From: an uncultured Puniceicoccaceae bacterium
GTDB lineage: Bacteria > Verrucomicrobiota > Verrucomicrobiia > Opitutales > Oceanipulchritudinaceae
NCBI GenBank assembly: GCA_963933835.1
Contig: CAWVVV010000001.1
Location: 320,001 to 384,000, forward strand
Reading direction: 5' to 3'
Length of the DNA stretch: 64,000 bases
Shown here piece by piece: positions 33,114 through 43,143 of the stretch. Numbering within the stretch: position 1 is the stretch's first letter; the number at the start of each line of letters is the position of its first letter. The notes beneath the pieces were generated by a model. It had not been told where the DNA came from, searched no databases, and saw only the letters and a list, made by a program, of their open reading frames with translations. A program made the position numbers and the translations under genes.

Positions 33114-34430
33114 GTGATGGGCTTCATGAGTCTCGACTCAAGAGAGCATCAACGTGAGCTGACCCCGACCGACCTTCGGGGGATCCTTAAGTATGTGCCG
33201 CAGTGGCGGAATCACACCTTTGTCATCGCCCTCGATGGCTCAGCGATGGAACACGCTAACTTCGGCAACCTTCTCGTCGACCTCGCGGTGCTGCGCAATC
33301 TGGCGATTCGCATTGTCGTCGTCTTTGGCATCAGTGCCCAGCTCGAGCGCCTCGCAAAGGAAAAGCAGATCTCAATCAGTGACTCCCGAGGCACCGGACC
33401 GACAAATGAGATCACGCGCGATGTCGCCGTCGAAGCCGCAGGCCTAGCCGGGCACCAGCTTGTGCAAGGGCTGAGCCGGATGGGTCTAAAAGTCGCTCAA
33501 ACAAACGCCGTGCGCGCGACAGCGCGAGGTGTTATCAAGGGGGAAGACCAACTCCTCTCCGGCAAAGTAGACCGTGTCGACATCGATGTGCTCAACCGCC
33601 TTCTCGATGATGAAGTCATTCCAGTGATCAGCCCGATCGCTTTCAATCGCCCCGGAGAGGCCCTTCGCCTCAACAGCGACCTCCTCGCATCCGGCGTGGC
33701 AACAAAGCTGAAAGCATCGAAGCTAATTTTCCTCTTAACGTATCCAGGAATCACCTACAATGGAGAGTTTCGACTCAATGTCCCCGTAGATGAAGTCCGC
33801 GAACTGCTCGAACGTGTCCCCTGCCCGATCGACGACATCGTCCGGAGCAAGGCCGCCAATGCGGTCGCAACGATCGAAGCTGGGGTTCCCCGTGCCCACC
33901 TCATCGATGGACGGATTCATGATGGGCTCCTGACCGAGATTTTCTCAAAGGTAGGAATCGGGACGATGATTCACAGCAACCCGTATGTGAAGATTCGCCC
34001 AGCGAAAAGACAAGATGCCCAAGCAATCTTCAATATCACTAAAAGCGCTGTAGACAGCGAAGCCTTGCGACATCGACCGATCGAAGAAGTTGAAGCTTCG
34101 ATCGACGAATACTTTGTCTACGAAATAGATGAAAGCCCGATCGCCTGCCTCCGCCTCAGTGCTGAAGGCAAAGATGCGATCGAACTCGGATCCGTCTTTG
34201 TCCAAGCCGCTTACCAGGGGCGTGGTATTGGACGGGCCCTGATCGAATTTTCGATTGAAGAAGCGAAGAAGCGGAAGGCAAAACGGCTCTTCGCCCTCAG
34301 CACACAGGCGGGGGCCCTCTTCACCGCATGCGGTTTCGAAGAAGCGGATCTCGACAGTCTTCCGCCACGCCTCGCTGAGCGCCACCAGGCCACAAATAGG
34401 AATAGCGATATTTTTGTCATCGATTTCTAA
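33114..34430 (+). CDS. argA: Amino-acid N-acetyltransferase (N-acetylglutamate synthase)
   Basis: Amino-acid-kinase-like domain (TFVIALDG, GVPRAHLIDG, LLTEIFS-GIGTMI) fused to a GNAT domain (YQGRGIG, LFALSTQA). Confidence 0.92.
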   Translation: MMGFMSLDSREHQRELTPTDLRGILKYVPQWRNHTFVIALDGSAMEHANFGNLLVDLAVLRNLAIRIVVVFGISAQLERLAKEKQISISDSRGTGPTNEITRDVAVEAAGLAGHQLVQGLSRMGLKVAQTNAVRATARGVIKGEDQLLSGKVDRVDIDVLNRLLDDEVIPVISPIAFNRPGEALRLNSDLLASGVATKLKASKLIFLLTYPGITYNGEFRLNVPVDEVRELLERVPCPIDDIVRSKAANAVATIEAGVPRAHLIDGRIHDGLLTEIFSKVGIGTMIHSNPYVKIRPAKRQDAQAIFNITKSAVDSEALRHRPIEEVEASIDEYFVYEIDESPIACLRLSAEGKDAIELGSVFVQAAYQGRGIGRALIEFSIEEAKKRKAKRLFALSTQAGALFTACGFEEADLDSLPPRLAERHQATNRNSDIFVIDF

Positions 34431-34484
34431 TACACTTCACCACTGCGCTTCCTCTACAAATAGCCGCTGCACCTACCCCACCCC

Positions 34485-34799
34485 GTGTCTCAAAAAGTAA
34501 GCCCACCTGCTGACCATTACTGGAAAGCCAACCTTCGAATCACTTTCACACTTCTGTTTTTCTGGGCCATCATTGGCCTTGGAGGCGGGGTCCTCGCAGC
34601 GGATTGGCTGAATCAATTCACCCTTCCGGGAACACATTACCCACTTGGTTTCTGGTTCGCTCATCAAGGAGCAATCGTTGCCTTTGTTGTAATCATTCTC
34701 ATCTATGCCCTTCTCCTTAACCGTCTCGATAAGAAGCATAAGGCCCATCTCGATTCAGTCTCCAGCGACAATGACACCGTGACGGAGGATCCATCATGA
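34485..34799 (+). CDS. DUF4212 solute-symporter small subunit
   Basis: YWKANLR...YPLGFWFAHQGAI...NRLDKK; overlaps the start of the symporter gene. Confidence 0.9.
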   Translation: MSQKVSPPADHYWKANLRITFTLLFFWAIIGLGGGVLAADWLNQFTLPGTHYPLGFWFAHQGAIVAFVVIILIYALLLNRLDKKHKAHLDSVSSDNDTVTEDPS

Positions 34800-36637
34800 G
34801 CGTCCTCGAATGGACTTGGATTTTCGTCGGATGCACCTTCTGCCTATATATGGGCATCGCTTGGTGGGCTCGCGTCGCCGACACCCGCGGTTTCTACATC
34901 GCAGGGCAAGGTGTTCCCGCACCCGCAAACGGTATGGCCACCGCCGCCGACTGGATGAGTGCTGCCTCCTACATTTCGATGGCCGGGCTCATCTCTACGA
35001 TGGGCTACGCTGGCGGCGTCTACTTGTTGGGTTGGACAGGTGGTTTTGTCCTCTTAGCGCTTCTCCTTGCCCCTTATCTCCGGAAGTTCGGAAAGTTTAC
35101 GGTGCCCGATTTTGTCGGCGATCGCTATGAATCGCAAATCGCACGTATCGTGGCTGTGCTCTGCGCCCTCTTTGTCAGTTTTACCTATGTAGCTGGGCAA
35201 ATGCGAGGCGTTGGTGTCGTCTTTGGGCGCTTCCTCGAAGTTGATGTTAATACCGGGGTCGTCATCGGAATGATCATCGTTGTGATCTACGCGACCCTTG
35301 GTGGCATGAAAGGCATCACATGGACGCAAGTCGCACAGTATTGGATTCTCATTACGGCTTTCCTCATTCCAGCCATTGCAATTTCGATTCGACTCACCGG
35401 TTCATTTTTCCCCCAAGCAGGCCTTGGCGGCGAGCTCATCGGTGAGGCAGGGATTGGATTTCTCACTAAGCTGAATCAGATTCAGACTGACTTAGGCTTC
35501 AACCCTTATACCACCCCCTTCATTGGATCGTGGGATAAGTGGAACGTCTTTTTGGTCGCGTTTACCCTCATGGTCGGAACGGCGGGACTACCCCACGTCA
35601 TCGTCCGATTCTATACCGTCAAATCACCAAAGGCCGCGCGTTGGAGCGGGTTCTGGGCCCTCTTCTTTATCTCAGCGCTCTACCTTTCGGCCCCAGCCGC
35701 AGCGGGCTTTGCGCGTTATTTCATGCTCGTGTCCCTCAACGATACGCCCGTCGAGCAAACCCCCGCCTGGTTCACAAGCTGGGAGCGCACAGGTCTCGTT
35801 GTCTGGATGGATGATGGTGACGAACATTTTGCTTATACTGGGGATGACCGGAACGAGATTTTTCGGCGCGGAAGTCTCTCGGATGTAGCTTACGTTGGGA
35901 TAGTAAAAGAACATCAATGCTGGATCGATACGCTTGGAAACTCTGGGTCCGATGGGCGGATTGAAATGCGCGAGCTTGGCCTCAGCGGCCCCGATCGTGA
36001 TATCATTGTTCTAGCGACACCTGAAATGGCAGAGCTCGCTCCTTGGATCATTGCCTTTGTCGCTGCGGGGGGGCTTGCCGCCGCTCTTTCGACCGCGAGC
36101 GGTCTACTTTTGGTCATCTCCTCAAGTGTGGCGCACGATCTCTATTATCGGATCATCAATCCCCAAGCGACGGAGAAACAGCGGCTCCTTGTCGGGCGTG
36201 GCGTAATCGTGATTGCTGTCGTGATCGCCGGACTATTTGGCATTTATCCGCCTGGCTTTGTCAGCCAGGTCGTTGCTTTTGCCTTCGGCCTCGCAGCTTC
36301 CAGTTTCTTCCCAACGATTGTTTTGGGCATTTTCTCGAAGCGAGTTGGAACGGTTCCAGCCATTGCAGGCATGCTAGGAGGCATAGGCTTTACGGGCTTC
36401 TATATCCTCGGAACGGTTTTCTTTGGGATGGAACGGTGGACTTTAGGTGTCTTTCCAACGGGCATCAATCCGCAGGGAATCGGGACAATCGGCATGTTGG
36501 TCAATTTCTCCCTCACCCTCGGCTTGACCCCGTTCTTTCCTGCCCCTTCAAAGAAAGTCTGCGAGCTCGTCGACCGCATTCGTGAGCCTGAGTTTTCAGG
36601 CGATGCCGTCGAAATTGAAGAAGCCCCAGAACACTAG
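34796..36637 (+). CDS. Sodium:solute symporter (ActP-like, probable monocarboxylate/acetate uptake)
   Basis: NGMATAADWMSAAS, LRKFGKFTVPDF, GGMKGITWTQVAQY, GTAGLPHVIVRF, AGGLAAALSTASGLLL. Confidence 0.92.
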   Translation: MSVLEWTWIFVGCTFCLYMGIAWWARVADTRGFYIAGQGVPAPANGMATAADWMSAASYISMAGLISTMGYAGGVYLLGWTGGFVLLALLLAPYLRKFGKFTVPDFVGDRYESQIARIVAVLCALFVSFTYVAGQMRGVGVVFGRFLEVDVNTGVVIGMIIVVIYATLGGMKGITWTQVAQYWILITAFLIPAIAISIRLTGSFFPQAGLGGELIGEAGIGFLTKLNQIQTDLGFNPYTTPFIGSWDKWNVFLVAFTLMVGTAGLPHVIVRFYTVKSPKAARWSGFWALFFISALYLSAPAAAGFARYFMLVSLNDTPVEQTPAWFTSWERTGLVVWMDDGDEHFAYTGDDRNEIFRRGSLSDVAYVGIVKEHQCWIDTLGNSGSDGRIEMRELGLSGPDRDIIVLATPEMAELAPWIIAFVAAGGLAAALSTASGLLLVISSSVAHDLYYRIINPQATEKQRLLVGRGVIVIAVVIAGLFGIYPPGFVSQVVAFAFGLAASSFFPTIVLGIFSKRVGTVPAIAGMLGGIGFTGFYILGTVFFGMERWTLGVFPTGINPQGIGTIGMLVNFSLTLGLTPFFPAPSKKVCELVDRIREPEFSGDAVEIEEAPEH

Positions 36638-38055
36638 GCCTTAAGCGCTTCAACCGTCTGCCCGATAATCCCATCAAAGGATCCGTTGGAGAAAAAGACG
36701 ACGCATTGCTTCGGCTCTTTTTCTAGAGACTGAAGCAATCCGGACTGAAGTGTCTTATTATCCGGATACACCGTAGCTTTGCTCTCGAGCGAATGAGCGA
36801 TCGCCGCAAGATCGATCCGCTCTTCGTCAGTATAGCGCTCTGCTCTAAATACAGCTCCAAGATGAACTGTGTCTGCGAGCGAAAAGGCATCAGCAAACGC
36901 CGCCTGCAGGACATTTCGGCAGGCTGTGTTCGAGCGCGCCTCCCAAGCCATCGTCAATCGATGGTTCGGATACCGATTGCGAAGTGACTCAAGCGTGCCC
37001 TTGATCGCGGTTGGGTGGTGACCAAAGTCAGAAATCACAACCGTCCCGTTATCTTGATACAAAATCTCCTGACGACGCTCAACCCCTCTGTAGTTCTTGA
37101 GCACATCAGGGTTTAGCTTGCAGAAAGGATCGTCCTCATTGATCGCCAGACCTGCGGCAAGGAGAGCCATAGCGGCATTGCGAGCGTTGTATAAGCCCAT
37201 CAGAGGCCAATTCACTTTTGCCCAGACTGTTCCCCGCCACGAGAGCTGGAAGCTAGAGCCCTTCGCATTTTCTTTGAAGGAAAGAATCTGGAGGTCGTTG
37301 TCAGCACCAGTGCCGATTTTCAGACTCCGCGACCAAGCGACCGGCAGGAGATCACAGAGGTTCTCATCGTCACCGTTATACAGTATCCATCCACGGCGTG
37401 GTATGATCCGCAAAAAGTGATTAAAGGTGCGCTTAATATCCGCAAGGTCTCGAAAGATATCTGCGTGATCAAATTCTAGATTATTCAGGACGGCAATTTG
37501 CGGCGCATAGTGAATGAACTTACTGCGCTTATCAAAAAAGGCACTGTCATACTCATCACCTTCGATCACAAATGGAGCTGCCTTGTCACCTAGCGCATAC
37601 CCCGAAGGGAGGTCATTCGGCGCCCCGCCGACAAGCCATCCAGGGTTCGCTCCACCGATTGAACGAAGGATAAAGGCGGTGAGGGCCGTCGTCGTCGTCT
37701 TTCCATGCGTCCCAGCGACGACAATGTTACGACGCCCGCTCAAGACAAAGCGGTTGAGGGCTTCGGGCAGCGAAATAAATGGGATCGAGCGCGTGTCCAA
37801 AAGCCATTCGATTTCCGGATTCCCTCGCGCGTTGACGTTGCCAATCACAACGAGATCTGGCGCGAGTTCCGCCAATCGCTGCGGATCAAAACCCGGCAGC
37901 ACCTCTATGCCCGCCTCAGTGAGGATCCGACTCATGGGTGGATAAGCATTTTGATCCGAGCCAAGGACATCATGCCCAGCTTCGCGCAGGAGAAGAGCGG
38001 CATTGCCCATGCCTGTCCCACAAATGCTCATAAAGTAGATTCTCACGGGCTCCAC
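36634..38055 (-). CDS. mpl: Murein peptide ligase (UDP-MurNAc:L-Ala-gamma-D-Glu-mDAP ligase)
   Basis: ICGTGMG, YPPMS, AGTHGKTTT, EGDEYDSAFFDKRSKF, LEFDHADIF, DFGHHPTAI, SNGSFDG. Start placed at GTG 38055. Confidence 0.93.
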   Translation of the reverse strand: MEPVRIYFMSICGTGMGNAALLLREAGHDVLGSDQNAYPPMSRILTEAGIEVLPGFDPQRLAELAPDLVVIGNVNARGNPEIEWLLDTRSIPFISLPEALNRFVLSGRRNIVVAGTHGKTTTTALTAFILRSIGGANPGWLVGGAPNDLPSGYALGDKAAPFVIEGDEYDSAFFDKRSKFIHYAPQIAVLNNLEFDHADIFRDLADIKRTFNHFLRIIPRRGWILYNGDDENLCDLLPVAWSRSLKIGTGADNDLQILSFKENAKGSSFQLSWRGTVWAKVNWPLMGLYNARNAAMALLAAGLAINEDDPFCKLNPDVLKNYRGVERRQEILYQDNGTVVISDFGHHPTAIKGTLESLRNRYPNHRLTMAWEARSNTACRNVLQAAFADAFSLADTVHLGAVFRAERYTDEERIDLAAIAHSLESKATVYPDNKTLQSGLLQSLEKEPKQCVVFFSNGSFDGIIGQTVEALKA

Positions 38056-38091
38056 ACTCCCTTCATCCTCCCACTTGCGACAATGCAAAAC

Positions 38092-38748
38092 TCACTTTGC
38101 CGGATGATTCGTTAGGAGCGGAAATTCATCACCGTAGCGGGCTTCTCTTCCCGTTACGATATCGGCCAGCGCTCTCGGGCGAGCAAGCCATTCGCGGCGC
38201 TTCGAATAGCGAAACTCAGGTGAATCAACATCTGCCGCCACAAAGCCCCACGCGTTCAGACCCGACCAGCGAGCTAGAAAAACCGCCCGGTGGGCATGGT
38301 AGCGCTGTGTCACGACGATGATCGTCTCAAAGCCAAAGACGCGCTTGGCCCGCAGGACGCTATCGAGGGTGCGCATTCCAAGCGGATCGACAATGATCGC
38401 ATCGGCACCGACGCCCCTTCGCCTCAGATAGCGCCACATATATTCGGTTTCACCGTAGCCTGTTCCATCGCTTCCGCCGCTCACTAAAAGACGAGAAACA
38501 ACCCCAGCTCGGAACAATTCAAGTCCCGCATCGAGCCGCGCATCGAGCGTCGGGCTTCCCGGCCCAGCTCCCAAAATAACTGCGATCGGAGCATTCGGCA
38601 CGGCCTCTACTTCCGTCTCAAGATGTGATAAAGATAGCCCTAAAACGGTCAGGTTCGGTCCGAGAAAAATGCCACAGAAAAGAGTGAACCCAAGTCCCAA
38701 GACCCATTTCACAATTCGCACTGATCGCTGTATGCCCATTGATTGCAC
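38092..38748 (-). CDS. SanA/ElyC (DUF218) family protein
   Basis: AVILGAG, RLDAGLEL, LLVSG, DPLGMRTLDS, VTQRYHAHRA, REWLAR. Confidence 0.88.
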   Translation of the reverse strand: MQSMGIQRSVRIVKWVLGLGFTLFCGIFLGPNLTVLGLSLSHLETEVEAVPNAPIAVILGAGPGSPTLDARLDAGLELFRAGVVSRLLVSGGSDGTGYGETEYMWRYLRRRGVGADAIIVDPLGMRTLDSVLRAKRVFGFETIIVVTQRYHAHRAVFLARWSGLNAWGFVAADVDSPEFRYSKRREWLARPRALADIVTGREARYGDEFPLLTNHPAK

Positions 38749-38846
38749 TTCTTAGATGCTTGGAATTCTTTCGCCTACGTCAACTGTCGCGAACCTGAAA
38801 CGACGGAGGCATTGACCTTTCAGTCGAATCCTAGCACCCCATTCCT

Positions 38847-40139
38847 ATGACCGGTAAAAACCTCACCGTCCTCATCATTGGCAGCGGTGGCCGAGAGCAC
38901 GCTCTCGTCCGTGCCTGTAAACAAAGCCCACTCGTTCACTCAGTCGTCGCCGCTCCGGGGAACGGAGGAATGGCAACTGATGTTCCCTGTTTTCCAATCG
39001 ACGCCGAGAACCCGACGGCGGTCTTAGAACTGGCTCAACGACACAACGCTGACCTTGTCATCGTCGGACCTGAAGCTCCCCTCGCTGCGGGCGTGAGTGA
39101 CGCACTCATCGAAGCCGGCATACCGGCCTACGGCCCAACCCTCGCCGGAGCACGCCTCGAAGCTTCCAAGGTCTACTGCAAAGATTTTCTCGCCCAATAC
39201 CAGATTCCTACAGCCGCCTACGGTGCCTTCACCGATGCCGATGCCGCTCGCAAGCATCTCGAGCAAAACCCTGCTCCAGCGGTGGTCAAAGCTAGTGGCC
39301 TTGCCGCGGGTAAAGGGGTCCTCATGTGCAGTACTCAGACGGAAGCGCTGGTTGCCGTAGAAGACATGCTAGGCGAAAAGAAATTTGGCGAAGCCGGAGA
39401 GGAAATCGTCATCGAAGAATGGCTTCAAGGTGAGGAAGCTTCGATCATGGTCATGGTCAGCGGCGAAGATTTCGTCTGCCTGCCCGTGAGCCAAGACCAC
39501 AAGCGCGCAGGAGAAGGTGACACGGGCCTCAATACCGGCGGCATGGGAGCCTATGCACCCGCCTCGGTCGTGACTCCGGAGATGCAGGCCCTGATTGACG
39601 AGACGATCATTCGCCCAACCCTCAGAGGTTTCACGAAGGAAGGCATCGACTACCGAGGAACCCTTTACATTGGCCTTATGCTCACGCCTGAAGGACCCAA
39701 GGTCTTGGAGTTCAACGTGCGCTTTGGAGACCCAGAATGCCAAGTTCTTCTTCCACTCTGCGAGACTGACCCCGTCGAGCTCCTCTATGCCTGCGCAACA
39801 CGCACGCTCAAACCCGCCGAAGTAAAACTCAAGGACGCCGCCTCAATCATTATCGTCCTCGCCGCCAAAGGCTATCCGGAAGCCTATCCCAAAGGCGACG
39901 TGATCCAGTTTCCTGATACACTACCCGACGATGTCCACATCATCCACGCTGGAACGAAGCGCCTCGAAAATGGCGACATCGTAACCTCTGGCGGCCGTGT
40001 CCTCGGTGTTGTTGCCGTGGCTCCTACGCTCGAGGAAGCCAAAGACAAAGCTTACGCCGTCGCCGATCAAATCGACTGGCCGAACAAATACCTCCGGCGT
40101 GACATCGCATGGCGAGAGTTTGCGCGTCTTGAGTCCTAG
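38847..40139 (+). CDS. purD: Phosphoribosylamine-glycine ligase
   Basis: GSGGREHAL, VGPEAPL, LEASK, QDHKR, NTGGMGAY, EFNVRFGDPE, TSGGRVL. Confidence 0.98.
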   Translation: MTGKNLTVLIIGSGGREHALVRACKQSPLVHSVVAAPGNGGMATDVPCFPIDAENPTAVLELAQRHNADLVIVGPEAPLAAGVSDALIEAGIPAYGPTLAGARLEASKVYCKDFLAQYQIPTAAYGAFTDADAARKHLEQNPAPAVVKASGLAAGKGVLMCSTQTEALVAVEDMLGEKKFGEAGEEIVIEEWLQGEEASIMVMVSGEDFVCLPVSQDHKRAGEGDTGLNTGGMGAYAPASVVTPEMQALIDETIIRPTLRGFTKEGIDYRGTLYIGLMLTPEGPKVLEFNVRFGDPECQVLLPLCETDPVELLYACATRTLKPAEVKLKDAASIIIVLAAKGYPEAYPKGDVIQFPDTLPDDVHIIHAGTKRLENGDIVTSGGRVLGVVAVAPTLEEAKDKAYAVADQIDWPNKYLRRDIAWREFARLES

Positions 40140-40169
40140 GGAGCCTACCTGGGGATTTAAAGACGCTCC

Positions 40170-41290
40170 CTAGCGATCCATCACCTCGTCAATTGCATTT
40201 TGTTGGCGAGCAACATCGTGCAAGGTGACAATACCGACCATCCGGCGCGGATCTTTCGTGCTCACGACCGGTACCTGTAGGACGTCGTCTACAACCAACG
40301 TCTGAGCAACATCGCGGATAGACTGCTCCGGCTTAACGGTCACCGATGGTTTACCACGGACGATTTCTCCTACCGTGATATCCTGTTTATCGCGCACGCG
40401 TTCATTTAACTCGTGATGCGTCGTGACACGCCGACCAAAAGGCCACCGTCATCTAGAACTGGATACGCGTGGTGTTTGTGATGCTCGTCAACAACCCGAG
40501 TGATTGCTTTGCGGGCAAGTTCGCGACTTCCGACCGATACCACGTCGAAGGTCATAATCGTTGAAATCGGCAAATTCTGCCAGTCGCGATCACCACGGTA
40601 GTGCGGCATCTTGCGCAGGTTAATCTTATCTTGAACAATGAGGGAGTCATACAACGAGACGGCTTCAAAGCGGGAACTCAGAAGCCATGCCACGGCGTTG
40701 CCAATGATGAGAGGCAGGATGAGCGCATACTGCCCAGTCATCTCCCAGATGATCATAATCGAAGTCAGGGGACAGCGAATGACCGCGGCAAAAAGCGCTC
40801 CCAACCCAAGCAATGCCATCGCTCCGACGATCTCGGCCTCGTATCCAAAAACGAACTGTCCAAAGAGGCCCAACAACCCGCCTAGCAGTGCGCCCATGAA
40901 AAGCGTCGGAGCAAAAAGACCCCCACTACCGCCGCTCGAGTAGGCAATGACCGTAGCCAAAAACTTTCCAACAAGAAGTGCTACAATGACACCGATCGAC
41001 AACAAGCGGCCGTTCAGAACCTCATCCGCATCGTTGTAGCCGACACCGAAAACACCCATCCGCCCTTCGGTTAGAGCCATCACTGTTATCGCGATGAGCC
41101 CAACTCCGAGTCCACCTGCAGCAGGCCGGATCCAGATAGGAATCTCACTTTCGCGACTCTTCTTTCGTGCCCAAAGCAGTGAGACAACAAATCCGCGCCC
41201 GAGGAGCGCTGCGAGTAAACCAAGCGGCAATGCCAATAGCATCCACCAGTCCGTACCGATTAATCCGAGTTCGATATCAAAGGCTGGATG
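40170..41290 (-). pseudogene. ClC chloride channel with CBS pair, 5'-truncated and frameshifted
   Basis: FGVGY, SGGSGGLFAP, AAVIRCPLTS-IIWEMTG are motifs of the second half of ClC. The frame extends upstream only to HPAFDIEL near 41290. A frameshift near 40425 splits the CBS domains (alternate frame THHELNERVRDKQ). Confidence 0.85.
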
Positions 41291-41457
41291 ATTACAATCA
41301 ACTCAGCTACACCCGTTCCATAACGTCCCCAAGGCTCCATCCCAAGCTTAGTAAAGAGATCTATCGATTCCTGAGCTCCCAGAAACTTAAAGAAGAGTGT
41401 TTGTCCCAATAGTATGGAGACAATAACTCGAAGAAGAAGAGAAACTTTCGAGGCCAT
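41260..41457 (-). pseudogene. DoxX-family membrane protein, 3'-truncated
   Basis: LRVIVSILLGQTLFFKFLGAQESIDLFTKLGMEPWGRYGTGVAEL, then runs into ClC sequence in another frame. Confidence 0.75.
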
Positions 41458-41589
41458 AATAGATGCTTTCGTTTAATTCGCCGAGTGCTTCATGGAGGGA
41501 CCTGTGGCGCTGCACTCGTTCAGCGGACTTCACTAAGAGAACCAGAATGAACATTCATTCCGAATAAAATCGTATCCCGCGGATTAAAG

Positions 41590-41904
41590 TTACGCGAACG
41601 ATTTACCGCACCCACACGTCGATTCGGCATTCGGGTTTTTAATTTCGAATCCCTTCCCCATCAATCCATCGTCGAAATCGACGACCGAGCCATCCAGCTG
41701 CTCAAGGCTCTTTTTATCGACGCGAAAGGCGACGCCTTCGCTCTCCATCGCGAGATCGTCATCTTTGCCAGGATCAAAGCCCATTCCATACTCGAATCCA
41801 GAGCAGCCGCCCGAGCTTATAAAAATGCGCAAAGGTAAATCAGTGCCTTTATCAGACTGAAGCTGAGTGACCGCTTTAGCCGCTCGACTTGTTAAGGTAA
41901 TCAT
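41590..41904 (-). CDS. A-type Fe-S cluster carrier (HesB/IscA/ErpA family)
   Basis: GGCSGFEY and NPNAESTCGCGKSF. Confidence 0.95.
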   Translation of the reverse strand: MITLTSRAAKAVTQLQSDKGTDLPLRIFISSGGCSGFEYGMGFDPGKDDDLAMESEGVAFRVDKKSLEQLDGSVVDFDDGLMGKGFEIKNPNAESTCGCGKSFA

Positions 41905-42123
41905 CGCTCAAATCAACGAACTCAGGGGTCAGATGTCAATCCAGCGCCAGCATTAGTAGCGCATGTCAACTAAGCCGCGCGCACAGTCATCGATTCGGAT
42001 CGGGCAAAAAGCAACCGCGGCAAACACACTACGGCAAGACATGGGCCAATTTGTGAAAGCATATTTCATGCTCATTTTGAGATCACGCTTGCACGCCGCG
42101 TCAGATAACCCACTTTCGAGCTC

Positions 42124-43143
42124 GTGACCCATCTGAGGGAGTTAGAAGACTCAATCACCTATGAACTCCTTAGGCCCATTGCCGAAGGCGGGATGGGCTC
42201 CGTCTACGAAGGCCTCCAGCGGGGTTTAGACGGCTTCCGTAAACGTTTAGCAATCAAGGTGATACGAGAGGAGTACTCCTCGATCAAAGCCTTTAGGAAC
42301 AACTTTCCGGGTGAAGCGCGCCTTGTCGCAGACCTGATTCACAACTGCATCGTCCAGACCTACCACTTGGGTGAAAGCCATGGCCAATACTACATGGTGA
42401 TGGAATTCGTAAACGGGATTAATCTCGAAGAATTCATTCTCCAGCACCGCGCCCTAGGGAACGAAATTCCGGTCGAATTGGCAGCCTTCATCATTTCGCG
42501 GGTTTGTCGCGGCCTCGCCTATGCTCACACCAAAAAGGACCGCGAAGGCAATCCGCTCGATATCGTGCACCGCGATGTCAACCCGCGCAATATCATGATC
42601 TCCTTCGAAGGTGATGTGAAGCTGACCGACTTCGGCATCGCGAAGGCCTTCAAGCTCATGTATAACGAAGAAGGCCGTGTTATCGCTGGGAAAGACGAAT
42701 ACCTCTCCCCCGAGCAAGCCGCACGCGAGGTGACGGATGCAAGGGCTGACCTCTTCTCCTGCGGAGTCGTCCTGTCCGAGCTCATCTGCGGGTATAACCC
42801 CTTTGAGTCGAACGAAACCCCTGAGCAGACGCGCGCCAACATCGTCGCGATGCCACTCCCCCAATGGTCTGAAATACGGCGACCGCTCAGCGACGATATT
42901 TCAGAGATTCTAAACCGCGCCCTAGAGCGATCACGCGAACACCGATTCGATGATGCTGAAGCAACGATGCAGGCCCTCGAAATCTCACTGTATAGCGACG
43001 GCTATGGCCCGACCTCAGAGAAACTAGCCCGCTACGTCAGTGCCCTCTTTGCCAATGGGCGTGCTTACGCCGACGACGTCAATGCGGTCAAGCAGTCGAC
43101 TTTCGGACTCAATCCGCGCGCCACAAACGACAAGTCTTACTGA
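42124..43143 (+). CDS. Hanks-type Ser/Thr protein kinase (soluble, kinase domain only)
   Basis: IAEGGMGSVY, LAIK, HRDVNPRN, DFGIAK, YLSPEQ, ADLFSCG. No TM segment. Confidence 0.93.
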   Translation: MTHLRELEDSITYELLRPIAEGGMGSVYEGLQRGLDGFRKRLAIKVIREEYSSIKAFRNNFPGEARLVADLIHNCIVQTYHLGESHGQYYMVMEFVNGINLEEFILQHRALGNEIPVELAAFIISRVCRGLAYAHTKKDREGNPLDIVHRDVNPRNIMISFEGDVKLTDFGIAKAFKLMYNEEGRVIAGKDEYLSPEQAAREVTDARADLFSCGVVLSELICGYNPFESNETPEQTRANIVAMPLPQWSEIRRPLSDDISEILNRALERSREHRFDDAEATMQALEISLYSDGYGPTSEKLARYVSALFANGRAYADDVNAVKQSTFGLNPRATNDKSY

